Shown: piece after piece, positions 38,139-48,521 of the stretch | Numbering within the stretch: the stretch's first letter is position 1 | Layout: each line of letters starts with the position of its first letter | NCBI GenBank assembly: GCA_965227065.1 | Contig: CBDDFN010000010.1 | Span: 9,098-73,097 of the forward strand | Reading direction: 5' to 3' | Length of the DNA: 64,000 nt | DNA from: Alphaproteobacteria bacterium | GTDB taxonomy: Bacteria > Pseudomonadota > Alphaproteobacteria > SPJN01 | The notes under the pieces: model-generated | The model's input: only the letters and a program-made list of their open reading frames with translations | Database searches by the model: none | Told to the model about the DNA's origin: nothing | Program-made: the position numbers and the translations under genes

Positions 38139-39069
38139 GTGTCGGCCAAGCAGTTCAACCGGGATATGCTGCTGCAACTGTTCCGGCTGGCCGCCAAGTT
38201 TGAGGCCAATCCGCGGCGCTATTCCAATCCGCTGAAGGGCAAGGTTCTGATCTCGGCCTTTTATGAACCCAGCACGCGGACGCGCCTGTCCTTTGAAAGC
38301 GCGTGGCACCGCATGGGCGGTGACATCATGTCGATCACAGACCGCGCCACCACCGGCATCGCCAAGGGTGAGTCGCTCAGTGACATTGGCGAGATGTTCA
38401 ACAATTACGGCGACTGTGTCGTGCTGCGCGACGTCAATGCGGGATCGGTGTTCGAGATGGCGCAAAGCCTGCGTGTGCCGATCATCAATGCGGGCAATGG
38501 CGTGGATGAGCATCCCACCCAGGCACTGGCTGACCTTTATACGATCCTGAAATGGCGGCCCGCCCTGCTTGACCCCAAATGCGAAAAAATCCGCATCGGC
38601 ATTGTCGGTCTGCCCAACCGGATGCGCACGGTGCGCAGCCTGCTGATCATGCTGTCGCATTTTTCCTACGCGTTCGAAGAAGTCGTCGTCATTCATGACG
38701 GCAAGCGCCAGGAACTGTTCGGCGCGGGCCAGCGTGAGGAGCTTGAGAAGGCGGGGCTGACTATCCGCGAAACCACCGTGTTGCGCGATGAACTGCCGGG
38801 CCCTCGACGTGGTCTATATCAATGCCATTGTGTGGGAGAAGGACGATTTTCAGGTCATGAATGACGCCTTCCGGCTGGACCGGACCTCCCCGCTCAAACA
38901 AGGCGCGATTGTCATGCACCCGCTGGCGCGCGGTGACGAGCTCGACACCAGCCTCGATGACACGCCGCACAATTGGTATTTTGCGCAAGCGCGCGGCGCG
39001 GTCTTTGTCCGCCAGGCTCTGCTGACCTGCCTGGTCCAGCGGATCGACCGTGTCATGGATGTGATCTAA
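38139..39069 (+). pseudogene. Aspartate-carbamoyltransferase-like (ATCase/PyrB-fold) transcarbamoylase, split by a single frameshift
   Basis: GTG 38139. Carbamoyl-phosphate motif STRTRLSFE, and HPTQ (ATCase-type, not OTCase HPxQ). The C-terminal half continues in another frame from ~38795 (ALDVVYINAIVWEKDD ... VMHPLARGDEL ... NWYFAQARGAVFVRQALL). Confidence 0.7.
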
Positions 39070-39088
39070 CAAAAGGAAGTCTCTGAGT

Positions 39089-41113
39089 ATGTGCGGCATT
39101 GCCGGTATTTTTCACCGCGACCCTCAACAGCCCCTCGACCGCCAATTGCTCGCCAATATGGCGGCGATCCAGTATCATCGCGGCCCCGACGAATTCGGCG
39201 TGCGCTGCATGGATGATCGCGGCATTGGCTTTTCCCATGCCCGCCTGTCGATCATTGATCTGGACGAAACCCGGGCGCGTCAGCCTTTTGAAAGCAAGGA
39301 TGGCCGGCTGCTGCTTGCCCATAATGGCGAATTCTATGACTTCAAGCGCATCCGCGCTGATCTGACCAGCCGGGGCGACCGCTTCCAGTCAAAGTCGGAT
39401 TCTGAAATCATTCTGGGGCTTTATCCCCGGCTGGGGCTTGAAAAAACCCTGATCAATCTGCGCGGCGAGTTTGCCGTGGCGCTGTATGACAAGGACGAGG
39501 ACGCGCTGTTTCTGGTGCGCGACCGCTTCGGCGTCAAGCCGCTTTACTGGACGATGACCGAAGACGGGCTGGTGTTCGGTTCTGAAATCAAGGTGCTGTT
39601 TGCGCATCCCAAAGTGGAGCGGCGTCTTCATGAAGAAGGCGTGCTGCACCAGCTCATTCAGGTGATGGTGCCCGGCACCACCGCCTTTGAAGGGGTGCAT
39701 CAGATCAAGCCGGGCCATGTGCTGCGCGTCAAACGCTCGGGCACCAGCTTCCAGATCGATGATCTGCAATATTGGGATTATGAGTTCCCCCATGCTGATG
39801 CCCATCACGATCCGCGCAGTGAAGCGGACAATATCGAGCTTGTCCGCGAAAAGCTGCTGGAGGCGGTGACGCTGCGCCTTGAGGCAGACGTGCCGGTCGG
39901 CTGTTATCTGTCGGGCGGGATCGATAGCTGTTCAATCCTGGGACTGTCTGCCGCCGTCCGGCAAGACCCGGTGAAGGCGTTCACCATCGGCTTTGATGAC
40001 GCCGATTATGACGAAACCCCGGTCGCAACCGAGATGGCTGAGGCCACCGGCGCGGATCAGGAGGTGCTGCGGCTTAACGCCAATCATCTCTACGGGCATT
40101 TTGAAAAGACGCTGTGGCATACAGAGCGGACCATCTACAACACGCTCGCGGTCGCCAAATATCTCATGAGCCAGCGGGTCAATGAGCTTGGCTACAAGGT
40201 TGTGCTGACCGGTGAGGGCTCTGATGAGCTGTTTGCAGGCTATCCCGCCTTCCGGCGCGATCTGTTCCTGCACGGCCTGCCTGATTTGGACGCTGATGAG
40301 CGCAAGACCTGGGAATCCATGCTGGGCGAGTCAAATGCCTTGTTCAAAGGCGCCATGCTGGCCGAGGATGAGCTTGATGACCCCCATCTGTCGGCCAAGA
40401 TTGGTTTCACGCCCAGCTGTTTGCAGCCCTGGCTGGCCTGCACGCACACGGCACGCGGGCTCATGCAGGCCGATTTGCGGGAGCGGTTGACCCGTTACCA
40501 TCCCGGCGAGGCGATTGCAGATACGTTCGACACGACAGCCCTGTCGGGGCGGCATCCGCTCGACCGGGCTCAATATGTCTGGTCGAAAACCATGCTTGAG
40601 GGTCAGATCCTGACCTGGGGCGGGGACCGGGTTGATATGGCCAATTCGATGGAGGCGCGGCCCGCCTTCCTTGATCATCATCTGGCTGCAGCCGCTGTCA
40701 CCATCCCGCCCATTCACCGCATCAAGGAGCGTAAGGAAAAATATGTCCTGCGCGAAGCGATGAAAGGGCTTTTGCCCAAAGTGCTCTATGAGCGTGAGAA
40801 ATTCGCCTTCATGGCCCCGCCCGCGCACACCGATCAGCAAAAATGGGCATCCATGATGGTGCTCGCTGATGAGCATCTGTCAGACGAGGCGGTCACAGCG
40901 GCGGGCGTGCTTGATCACAAGGCGGTTCACGACATGCTCGAAGAAGCGGTGGCCGATGAAACCAGCCGGGCACGTAAAGTCCAGCTTGATGCGGTGATCA
41001 ACCATGCGCTTGGCGTGCAGATCCTGCACAAGCATTTTATCGCCCAGGATGTTCCCGCCCTGGCCGCCCAGCGCGCCAAGGAACTGGGCTGGAGCGCCGA
41101 GCGCGCCGCTTAG
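39089..41113 (+). CDS. Asparagine synthetase B-family glutamine-hydrolysing amidotransferase (long, 674-aa form)
   Basis: N-terminal nucleophile MCGIAGIF. PP-loop SGGIDSC. An extended ~120-aa C-terminal region beyond canonical AsnB. Confidence 0.85.
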   Translation: MCGIAGIFHRDPQQPLDRQLLANMAAIQYHRGPDEFGVRCMDDRGIGFSHARLSIIDLDETRARQPFESKDGRLLLAHNGEFYDFKRIRADLTSRGDRFQSKSDSEIILGLYPRLGLEKTLINLRGEFAVALYDKDEDALFLVRDRFGVKPLYWTMTEDGLVFGSEIKVLFAHPKVERRLHEEGVLHQLIQVMVPGTTAFEGVHQIKPGHVLRVKRSGTSFQIDDLQYWDYEFPHADAHHDPRSEADNIELVREKLLEAVTLRLEADVPVGCYLSGGIDSCSILGLSAAVRQDPVKAFTIGFDDADYDETPVATEMAEATGADQEVLRLNANHLYGHFEKTLWHTERTIYNTLAVAKYLMSQRVNELGYKVVLTGEGSDELFAGYPAFRRDLFLHGLPDLDADERKTWESMLGESNALFKGAMLAEDELDDPHLSAKIGFTPSCLQPWLACTHTARGLMQADLRERLTRYHPGEAIADTFDTTALSGRHPLDRAQYVWSKTMLEGQILTWGGDRVDMANSMEARPAFLDHHLAAAAVTIPPIHRIKERKEKYVLREAMKGLLPKVLYEREKFAFMAPPAHTDQQKWASMMVLADEHLSDEAVTAAGVLDHKAVHDMLEEAVADETSRARKVQLDAVINHALGVQILHKHFIAQDVPALAAQRAKELGWSAERAA

Positions 41114-41170
41114 CAACGTATTTGGGGTGGCGTGCCGCCCGAAGCGCGCAAGTGGCTCTTGGGTGACGGG

Positions 41171-41387
41171 TGCCAACGGACAGACTGAAGGCGAAAACAA
41201 TTTTCGAAGAAAATTGGTGGAGCCCCCGCACGAAGGTCGAACCCGGTCGAACCTTGTGCCAACGGACAAACCGAAGGTGAAAACAATTTTCGAAGAAAAT
41301 TGGTGGAGCCCCCCGCGCAAAGTTCGAACTCTGTCGAACTTTGTGCCAACGGACAAACCGAAGGCGAAAACAATTTTCGAAGAAAAT
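41171..41387 (-). repeat. Mirror-image tandem array (2 intact + 1 partial unit) of the same ~87-bp element as 28086-28344, abutting the second tRNA-Ala
   Basis: The + strand reads TGGTGGAGCCCCCCGCGCAAAGTTCGAACTCTGTCGAACTTTGTGCCAACGGACAAACCGAAGGCGAAAACAATTTTCGAAGAAAAT, which is the reverse complement of unit 1 at 28086 with only a few mismatches. Confidence 0.85.
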
Positions 41388-41463
<76 letters not shown>

Positions 41464-41618
41464 GAACCATGGGAAGGCGGAGCCAGCAGCCCCGCGAGGA
41501 GGCGCACACTAGGTCTGCGCCCCGCTCCAATCAAGAAAAAACTGTCACGAAATTCTTACAATTTCGATGACGGATCGCCGCACTACACTATGGCGCTCCG
41601 CAAACCTCAGACAGCCGT

Positions 41619-41972
41619 TTAACGGTCGTCGTCGTCATCCTTGACGACTTCAACCTCGACGGTGACATCATCATCGTCATCATCGTCAGTCAGGCCGACG
41701 GTGACATCGTCCTCGTCATCATCGTCGATCAGCGCATCATCGCCCTCATCGTCTTCGACCTCATCCTCGTCTTCATCCTTTTCGGGTGCCGGTTTGGGCT
41801 CCTCTTCAGGACGTTGACGCCGCGGCTTCAGCACACGCTCAGGCTCGAACGCGGTCTCGCATTTCGGGCAAATGAGCGGAAACTCCGCCTGCATATCGTA
41901 GAAACGCGCACCACAAGAGGGGCATGTGCGCTTTTTGCCCCATTCATCTTTGGCCACCGCCGCTTGCTCCAT
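41619..41972 (-). CDS. TIGR02300 (FYDLN_acid) family zinc-ribbon protein with poly-Asp/Glu tail
   Basis: [11 protein letters not shown]...CPKCETAF, followed by an extreme acidic tail ([34 protein letters not shown]). Start taken at MEQAAV. Confidence 0.7.
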   Translation of the reverse strand: MEQAAVAKDEWGKKRTCPSCGARFYDMQAEFPLICPKCETAFEPERVLKPRRQRPEEEPKPAPEKDEDEDEVEDDEGDDALIDDDDEDDVTVGLTDDDDDDDVTVEVEVVKDDDDDR

Positions 41973-42177
41973 CCATGACCGATTGGTGACAGAGGGTCTG
42001 ACTGCCACGCGGCGGGCTGAGTGTCAAAGGGGTTTTGGCCCAAAGACTTACCGCGCCATTTGCCGCATCCTTTGCGCCACACCATCCCTCATGCCCCTGC
42101 ACGACCGGCCATCGCCTTTCGCGGCCAATCATGATAGAGCCCAACGCAGATTCCGTCCTTCTTCGAACGGGTGTTTC

Positions 42178-43518
42178 ATGACGCTCAGCGCAACACTTTC
42201 CTCTCGCCTGTCTTCTGGCCTATCAGGCACCGCCACCATTCCAGGTGACAAATCAATCTCGCACCGCGCCTTGATGTTCGGCGCTCTCGCAGTCGGCGAA
42301 ACCACCATCACCGGCCTGCTTGAAGGCGAAGACGTGCTGTCCACCGCCGAGGCGCTGCGCAAGATGGGGGCTGAGATCCATCAGGACGGGCCGGGCCAGT
42401 GGCGCACCTATGGCGTCGGCATTGGCGGGCTGATGGAGCCTGAGACCGAACTCAATATGGGCAATTCAGGCACCAGCACACGGCTGTTGCTCGGCCTCAT
42501 CGCCACAGCGCCGATCACCGCCACCTTGATTGGCGATGCCAGCCTATCAAAACGCCCTATGGGCCGGGTGATCACGCCGCTTGAAGCCATGGGGGCCCGC
42601 TTCGTCACCCGCGAAGGGGGCCGCCTGCCGCTGACCGTGACCGGGGCCACCCTGCCGCGCCCCTTGAGCTACACGCTGCCGGTGGCCTCAGCGCAGGTGA
42701 AATCAGCCATCCTGCTGGCCGGGCTCAACACGCCGGGCCTGACGACGGTGATCGAGCCCGTCGCCACCCGCGATCACACCGAACGCATGCTGCAAGCCTT
42801 CGGCATTGCGCTCACCGTTGAAGACAGCGATCAGGGCAAGGTGATCACGCTGATGGGCGAGCAAGAGATGACGCCTGCCCCCATTGTGGTGCCGCGCGAC
42901 CCTTCATCGGCCGCCTTCCCGGTGATTGCCGCGCTGATCACCGAGGGCTCCCAAATCTCCATCCCCGGCGTCTTGCTCAATCCCGGCCGCATCGGACTTT
43001 ACGAGACGCTGAAAGACATGGGCGCCAAGATCACCATTAGCAATGAACGCACCGAAGGCGGTGAGCCGGTTGGCGATCTTATGGTTGAACATTCCCCGCT
43101 CAAGGCCGTCACCGTCCCGGCTGAGCGGGCCGCCAGCATGATTGATGAATATCCCGTTTTGTTTGCCGCCGCGGCCCTGGCTGAGGGCCGTACCCTGGCC
43201 CGGGGCCTTGAAGAGCTGCGGGTAAAGGAAAGCAATCGTCTCGCCGTCATGGCCGACGGGCTCAAAGCTTGCGGGGTCAGGGTGGAAGAATTTGAAGACG
43301 GCATCGCCATTCACGGCACGGGCGGCACGCCGGTGCCCGGCGGCGCGACGGTCAAGACCCATCTGGATCACCGCATTGCCATGGCCTTCCTCACCCTGGG
43401 GCTCGCCGCACAGAACCCGGTCACGGTGGATGATGCCAGCCCGATTGAAACCAGCTTTCCCGGCTTTGCCGAGCTTATGCGCGGGCTTGGGGCGCGGGTT
43501 GAACAGGCCCCTGCATGA
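42178..43518 (+). CDS. aroA: 3-phosphoshikimate 1-carboxyvinyltransferase (EPSP synthase)
   Basis: ATG 42178 in frame. [49 protein letters not shown]. Confidence 0.95.
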   Translation: MTLSATLSSRLSSGLSGTATIPGDKSISHRALMFGALAVGETTITGLLEGEDVLSTAEALRKMGAEIHQDGPGQWRTYGVGIGGLMEPETELNMGNSGTSTRLLLGLIATAPITATLIGDASLSKRPMGRVITPLEAMGARFVTREGGRLPLTVTGATLPRPLSYTLPVASAQVKSAILLAGLNTPGLTTVIEPVATRDHTERMLQAFGIALTVEDSDQGKVITLMGEQEMTPAPIVVPRDPSSAAFPVIAALITEGSQISIPGVLLNPGRIGLYETLKDMGAKITISNERTEGGEPVGDLMVEHSPLKAVTVPAERAASMIDEYPVLFAAAALAEGRTLARGLEELRVKESNRLAVMADGLKACGVRVEEFEDGIAIHGTGGTPVPGGATVKTHLDHRIAMAFLTLGLAAQNPVTVDDASPIETSFPGFAELMRGLGARVEQAPA

Positions 43519-44144
43519 GCGTGGTCATTGCTATTGACGGCACTGCGGCCAGCGGAAAAGGCACACTGGCAAAAAAAATTGCCGCCCATTTCGGCTTTGC
43601 CTATCTCGATACCGGCTCTCTTTATCGCGCAGTCGGCCTCAAGCTAGAGGAGCAAGGTGGCGATCCTGCCGTGATCGCAGCCGACCTGAGCGGCGCCGAT
43701 CTCAACCATCCCGACTTGCGCAGCCGGGAGGCTGGCGAATGGGCCTCAAAAGTTGCCGCGATGGCTGAGGTGCGCACCGCCTTGCTCGATTTTCAGCGGA
43801 ATTTCGCCAAAAATCCGCCCGATGGCGCCCCCGGCGCGGTCCTTGATGGCCGCGATATCGGCACGGTGATCTGCCCTGACGCCGACGCCAAACTCTATGT
43901 GACGGCCGACCTTGCGGTGCGCGCCGCCCGCCGCGCCAAAGAGCTTGGCGGGGACGCATCGCTTGCCGAAATCCGGGCCGACCTCGAAAAACGCGACGCA
44001 CGCGACCAAAATCGCGGCGCCGCGCCTTTGTCGCAGGCCAAAGACGCTGACTTGCTCGATACCAGCAATTTCGATATAGAAGCGGCGTTTGCGGCGGCTT
44101 TGGCCCTTGTGAATGCGGCTTTGATGCGCAAAAGCGCTCCTTAA
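43515..44144 (+). CDS. cmk: Cytidylate kinase
   Basis: P-loop [17 protein letters not shown] overlap with aroA. Confidence 0.9.
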   Translation: MSVVIAIDGTAASGKGTLAKKIAAHFGFAYLDTGSLYRAVGLKLEEQGGDPAVIAADLSGADLNHPDLRSREAGEWASKVAAMAEVRTALLDFQRNFAKNPPDGAPGAVLDGRDIGTVICPDADAKLYVTADLAVRAARRAKELGGDASLAEIRADLEKRDARDQNRGAAPLSQAKDADLLDTSNFDIEAAFAAALALVNAALMRKSAP

Positions 44145-44264
44145 AGCCGGTTCACGACCCGCGTTCGGCGCAAACACGCAACTCAACTGACGAAATGGCC
44201 CTTTGGGCAAGACCGCCGGAGAAAACCGGTTGGCCTGGATAGCGTCAAATTTTTGGAGACTTGA

Positions 44265-45977
44265 ATGTCGCAAGCCGAACTTTCGAGCATGAACCCGTCC
44301 ATGGACGAGTTCGAAGCTCTGTTGAATGAAAGCTTCGACGCCGATACCGGTGTTGAAGGCACGGTGGTCAAAGGCCGTGTAACCGCGATTGACAATGATT
44401 TTGCCATCATTGATGTCGGCCTCAAAACAGAAGGCCGTGTCGCCCTCAAAGAATTTGCAGCCCCCGGTGAAGAGCCCGATCTGAGCGTCGGCGATGAAGT
44501 CGATGTGTTTCTCGACCGCGTTGAAAATGCGCTCGGCGAAGCCGTGCTCTCCCGTGACAAAGCCCGACGCGAAGAAGCCTGGGAGCTTCTTGAAAAACAG
44601 CATGATAAAGGCGAGCGCGTTCAGGGTAAAATTTTCGGCCGTGTCAAAGGCGGCTTCACCGTCGATCTTTCCGGCGCCGTGGCCTTCCTGCCGGGCAGCC
44701 AGGTCGATATCCGCCCCGTCCGCGACATCACCCCGCTGATGGGCCAGCCCCAACCCTTCCAGATCCTGAAAATGGATCGCCGCCGCGGCAACATTGTTGT
44801 GTCCCGCCGTGCGGTTCTGGAAGAAACACGGGCAGAACAGCGCAGCGAACTGCTGCAAAACCTGGCCGAAGGCCAAACGCTCGAAGGTGTGGTCAAGAAT
44901 ATTACCGATTATGGTGCGTTTGTTGATCTGGGCGGCATTGACGGGCTGCTGCACGTCACCGACATGGCCTGGCGCCGCGTTAACCACCCCTCAGAAGTCG
45001 TCACCATCGGTGAAAGCGTCAAGGTTCAGGTCATCAAGATCAATCCTGACACCCAGCGCATTTCGCTTGGCATCAAGCAGCTGCAGTCTGATCCCTGGGA
45101 TGGCGTGGCGGCGAAATATCCGCTCGATGCCCGTTTCACCGGCCGCGTGACCAATATCACCGACTATGGTGCCTTTGTTGAGCTTGAGCCCGGCGTTGAA
45201 GGTCTGGTCCACGTTTCGGAAATGAGCTGGACCAAAAAGAACGTCCACCCCGGCAAGATCGTTTCGACCAGCCAGGAAGTCGATGTTCAGATCCTCGAAG
45301 TGGATTCGGACAAGCGCCGTATCTCGCTCGGCATCAAGCAGACCACCGAAAATCCGTGGGACGAATTTGCCCGCACCCATCCGGTGGGCTCAGCCGTTTC
45401 GGGCGAAGTCAAGAACATCACCGAATTCGGTCTGTTTGTCGGCCTTGAAAGCGGTGTCGACGGCATGGTTCACCTGTCGGATCTCGACTGGAACCGTCCC
45501 GGCGAAGAAGTGCTTGCCGAATACAAAAAAGGCGACATGGTTGATGCCCAGGTGCTCGAAGTCGACACCGACAAAGAGCGGATCTCGCTCGGCATCAAGC
45601 AGCTGGCCAATGATCCGTTTGAAAGCGTTGCCGGTATCAGCCGTGGCGAAACCGTCACCTGCACCGTCACCGCCGTTCAGGACAATGGCATTGAGGTCAA
45701 GATCGGCGATACCGATGTGACCGCCTTCATCCGCAAGTCGGACCTGTCCCGTGACCGCAGCGACCAGCGCCCTGAGCGCTTCGCCGTTGGCGATCATCTG
45801 GATGCGCGCGTGACCAGCGTCGATACCAAGAATCGCCGCGTTTCGCTGTCGATCAAGGCGCTGGAAATCGCTGAAGAGAAAGAAGCGGTGGAACAGTATG
45901 GCTCGACCGAGTCGGGCGCTGTTCTGGGCGACATTCTCGGTGCTGCGCTCAACAAGAGCGACGAAGACGACAAGTAA
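44265..45977 (+). CDS. rpsA: 30S ribosomal protein S1
   Basis: 570 aa with six S1 motifs (GxV..I.DYGAFV repeated). Confidence 0.97.
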   Translation: MSQAELSSMNPSMDEFEALLNESFDADTGVEGTVVKGRVTAIDNDFAIIDVGLKTEGRVALKEFAAPGEEPDLSVGDEVDVFLDRVENALGEAVLSRDKARREEAWELLEKQHDKGERVQGKIFGRVKGGFTVDLSGAVAFLPGSQVDIRPVRDITPLMGQPQPFQILKMDRRRGNIVVSRRAVLEETRAEQRSELLQNLAEGQTLEGVVKNITDYGAFVDLGGIDGLLHVTDMAWRRVNHPSEVVTIGESVKVQVIKINPDTQRISLGIKQLQSDPWDGVAAKYPLDARFTGRVTNITDYGAFVELEPGVEGLVHVSEMSWTKKNVHPGKIVSTSQEVDVQILEVDSDKRRISLGIKQTTENPWDEFARTHPVGSAVSGEVKNITEFGLFVGLESGVDGMVHLSDLDWNRPGEEVLAEYKKGDMVDAQVLEVDTDKERISLGIKQLANDPFESVAGISRGETVTCTVTAVQDNGIEVKIGDTDVTAFIRKSDLSRDRSDQRPERFAVGDHLDARVTSVDTKNRRVSLSIKALEIAEEKEAVEQYGSTESGAVLGDILGAALNKSDEDDK

Positions 45978-45999
45978 GCGTCAGTTAACTGAAAATTTG

Positions 46000-46032
46000 G
46001 CCCGGGGCAGGAGACTGCCTCGGGCTTTTTTG
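46000..46032 (+). terminator. Rho-independent terminator after rpsA
   Basis: GCCCGGGGCAGGAGACTGCCTCGGGC hairpin followed by TTTTTTG. Confidence 0.5.
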
Positions 46033-46069
46033 TGCTAGAAGAGCGCGAAGATCAAATAAGGAGTCCGAC

Positions 46070-47038
46070 ATGGCTTATGATCCCACGGTGGGCGAAACTG
46101 TGAAATCAAGCGTGCAGGAGGCTGTCAAAGACGTGTTTGAGACACAAAAGACCCGGCGCAAACTCCATCGCTGGCGCATTCTGGCCATCGTGCTCGCGGT
46201 CATTGTCGTGATCGGCGCTGTTTCGTCGCTGAGCGGCCCGTCGGGCCCGCGCATCGCCCGTCTGACGGTCGAAGGCATGATCATGGAAGATGCCGAGCGC
46301 GACCAGATCCTTTACGACATTGCCGACGATGTCGAGGTTGAAGCGCTGATCGTAGCGATTTCCAGCCCTGGCGGCACCGCCGCAGGCTCTGAAGACCTTT
46401 ATAACGCCCTGCGCGCGGTTGCGGCGAAGAAGCCCGTAGTCGCCACCATGGGGACGGTGGCCGCGTCGGGCGGCTATATCACCGCCATTGGCGCAGATTA
46501 TATTTTTGCCCGCAAAAACTCGCTGACCGCCTCGATCGGGGTGATTTTTCAAGTCACACGGTTCGGCGATCTGATGCGCGATGTTGGCGTTGAAGTCGAC
46601 AGCTACACATCAGGCCCGCTCAAGGGCGAACCCTCCCCCTTTGCCCCCGCATCGGACGAAGGCCGCGCCCTGATGGACAGTCTCGTCAAGGAAAGTTACT
46701 TGTGGTTCAAGACCTTAGTGGGCGAACGCCGCGGCCTTGAAGGCGCAGCGCTCGATATCGTCGCCGATGGACGGGTGATGATGGGCACCCAGGCGCTGGA
46801 GGCCGGATTGGTTGACGCCATCGGCAATGAGGCCGATGCGCAAGCCTGGTTGAGCGAAACCCAGGGGCTTGATGCCGAACTTCCGGTGATCGATGTCACG
46901 CCCACAGTGGAACCAAGCGGACTGTTTGCCACCGCAAGCGCGGCCCTTAGCGCCTGGACGGGCATCAAACCCCTTGAAACAAAAAGGCTTTTTGTTGACG
47001 GTTTGGCGGTGCTCTGGCATCCTTCGCTCAGCAATTAG
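46070..47038 (+). CDS. sppA: Signal peptide peptidase SppA (S49, 36K type)
   Basis: N-terminal TM, S49 core (SPGGTAAGSE...GTVAASGGYI). Confidence 0.85.
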   Translation: MAYDPTVGETVKSSVQEAVKDVFETQKTRRKLHRWRILAIVLAVIVVIGAVSSLSGPSGPRIARLTVEGMIMEDAERDQILYDIADDVEVEALIVAISSPGGTAAGSEDLYNALRAVAAKKPVVATMGTVAASGGYITAIGADYIFARKNSLTASIGVIFQVTRFGDLMRDVGVEVDSYTSGPLKGEPSPFAPASDEGRALMDSLVKESYLWFKTLVGERRGLEGAALDIVADGRVMMGTQALEAGLVDAIGNEADAQAWLSETQGLDAELPVIDVTPTVEPSGLFATASAALSAWTGIKPLETKRLFVDGLAVLWHPSLSN

Positions 47039-47122
47039 GTTGGCGAATGTTGGGGGTCCAGCCATCCGCACGGGCCGGGATGATCCGGTGCGGGCGGTTT
47101 GTGCCGGGATTGAGGTGCGCAC

Positions 47123-47440
47123 ATGATCAAATCAGAACTGATTGCCAAGCTTGCGGCTGACAATCCGCATCTGTTTCAGCGCGATGTCGAACGGATCGTG
47201 AATACGATTTTTGAAGAGATTACCCAGGCGCTCGAGCAGGGCGAACGGGTGGAATTGCGCGGCTTCGGCGCCTTTTCGGTCAAGCACCGGCCCGCGCGGC
47301 TGGGGCGCAATCCGCGCACGGGTGAGCCTGTGCATGTGCCGGAAAAGCATGTGCCGTTCTTCAAAACCGGCAAGGAATTGCGCGAGCGGCTGAATGACGG
47401 TTATGGCTCTGGCGACGGAGCCTTTGACGGAGACGAGTAA
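47123..47440 (+). CDS. ihfB: Integration host factor subunit beta
   Basis: [11 protein letters not shown]...[49 protein letters not shown]. Confidence 0.9.
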   Translation: MIKSELIAKLAADNPHLFQRDVERIVNTIFEEITQALEQGERVELRGFGAFSVKHRPARLGRNPRTGEPVHVPEKHVPFFKTGKELRERLNDGYGSGDGAFDGDE

Positions 47441-47782
47441 ATGCGTGTGGTTCGGATTGCGGTGGCGGGCCTGATTGGCCTTGTGATGATCGCGCTTGCA
47501 GTTGCCAACCGGGAAACGGTGCTGTTCAGCCTTGATCCTTTCGGCGGCTCTGAGCCGTTCATCGCCCTGTCTGTTCCGCTGTTTGTGGTCCTGTTTGCCG
47601 GACTTCTGGTTGGCTTTGCCGCCGGCGCAATGCTCACCTGGATGGCTGAACGCCCCCACCGCCGCGCCGCGCGCCAATCGCGCAAGGTGATTGAGAAGAT
47701 GGAGCGCGAGCAGCCCGGAACCGGAGCGCTTTCCGCCGCCCCGCAAAACACCCAGATTCTCGCGGTGGGACACAACGACTGA
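47441..47782 (+). CDS. LapA-domain (DUF1049) inner-membrane protein
   Basis: 113 aa, two TM. Starts at the ihfB stop and precedes pyrF, as lapA does in E. coli. Confidence 0.65.
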   Translation: MRVVRIAVAGLIGLVMIALAVANRETVLFSLDPFGGSEPFIALSVPLFVVLFAGLLVGFAAGAMLTWMAERPHRRAARQSRKVIEKMEREQPGTGALSAAPQNTQILAVGHND

Positions 47783-47816
47783 TCCCTCCCGCGCGCAAGC
47801 GTGCTAAGCAAGGCCC

Positions 47817-48518
47817 ATGACCCACTTCACCAACCCTGTCTTTGTCGGGCTCGACACGCCCGACCTTGAAACCGCCCGCGCCCTCGCCACAACCATCAAA
47901 GACCATGTGGGCGGGCTGAAACTCGGGCTTGAATTTTTCAACGCCCAGGGCCCCGCCGGGCTGGACGCGATGGCCGATATCGGCCTGCCGATCTTTGCCG
48001 ACCTCAAATTCCACGACATCCCGAACACGGTTGCAGGCGCCATCCGCTCGATCAGCCGGACCAAACCCGCCATCATCAATATTCACACCACAGGCGGACC
48101 GGCGATGATGGAGGCCGCCCGCAAGGCGACCGATGAGGCCGGTCCAGACAAGCCGCTCTTGATCGGGGTCACAGTCCTCACCAGCCTTGATGAAGCCGAT
48201 ATGGGCCGGGTGGGGATGCGCGGTGCCCCCGCCGATCAGGTCTTGCGGCTTGCCACGCTCGCCTATGAATGCGGGCTCGACGGGGTGGTGTGCTCGCCCC
48301 TTGAAGTTGAGATGCTGCGGGCTGAACTGCCGCGCGACTTCACATTGATTGTGCCGGGCATTCGTCCTACATGGTCTGAAACAGGCGACCAAAAACGCAT
48401 CATGACGCCGAAACAGGCGCTTTCCGCCGGGGCGGACATTCTTGTCATTGCCCGGCCCATCATCAAAGCCGATGACCCGGCACAAGCGGCACGCAAAATT
48501 GCCGAGGAGCTGAACTGA
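47817..48518 (+). CDS. pyrF: Orotidine 5'-phosphate decarboxylase
   Basis: FVGLDTP; ...LKLG.EFF; DLKFHDIPNT. Confidence 0.9.
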   Translation: MTHFTNPVFVGLDTPDLETARALATTIKDHVGGLKLGLEFFNAQGPAGLDAMADIGLPIFADLKFHDIPNTVAGAIRSISRTKPAIINIHTTGGPAMMEAARKATDEAGPDKPLLIGVTVLTSLDEADMGRVGMRGAPADQVLRLATLAYECGLDGVVCSPLEVEMLRAELPRDFTLIVPGIRPTWSETGDQKRIMTPKQALSAGADILVIARPIIKADDPAQAARKIAEELN

Positions 48519-48521
48519 CCC

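Noticed and set aside
38139-39069. Calling the PyrB-like gene the housekeeping pyrB
   Set aside because: It is frameshifted, sits on a compositionally foreign island between a solute symporter and an AsnB-like gene, and no pyrC/pyrI partner is present. An intact pyrB probably exists elsewhere, although this cannot be verified within the window.
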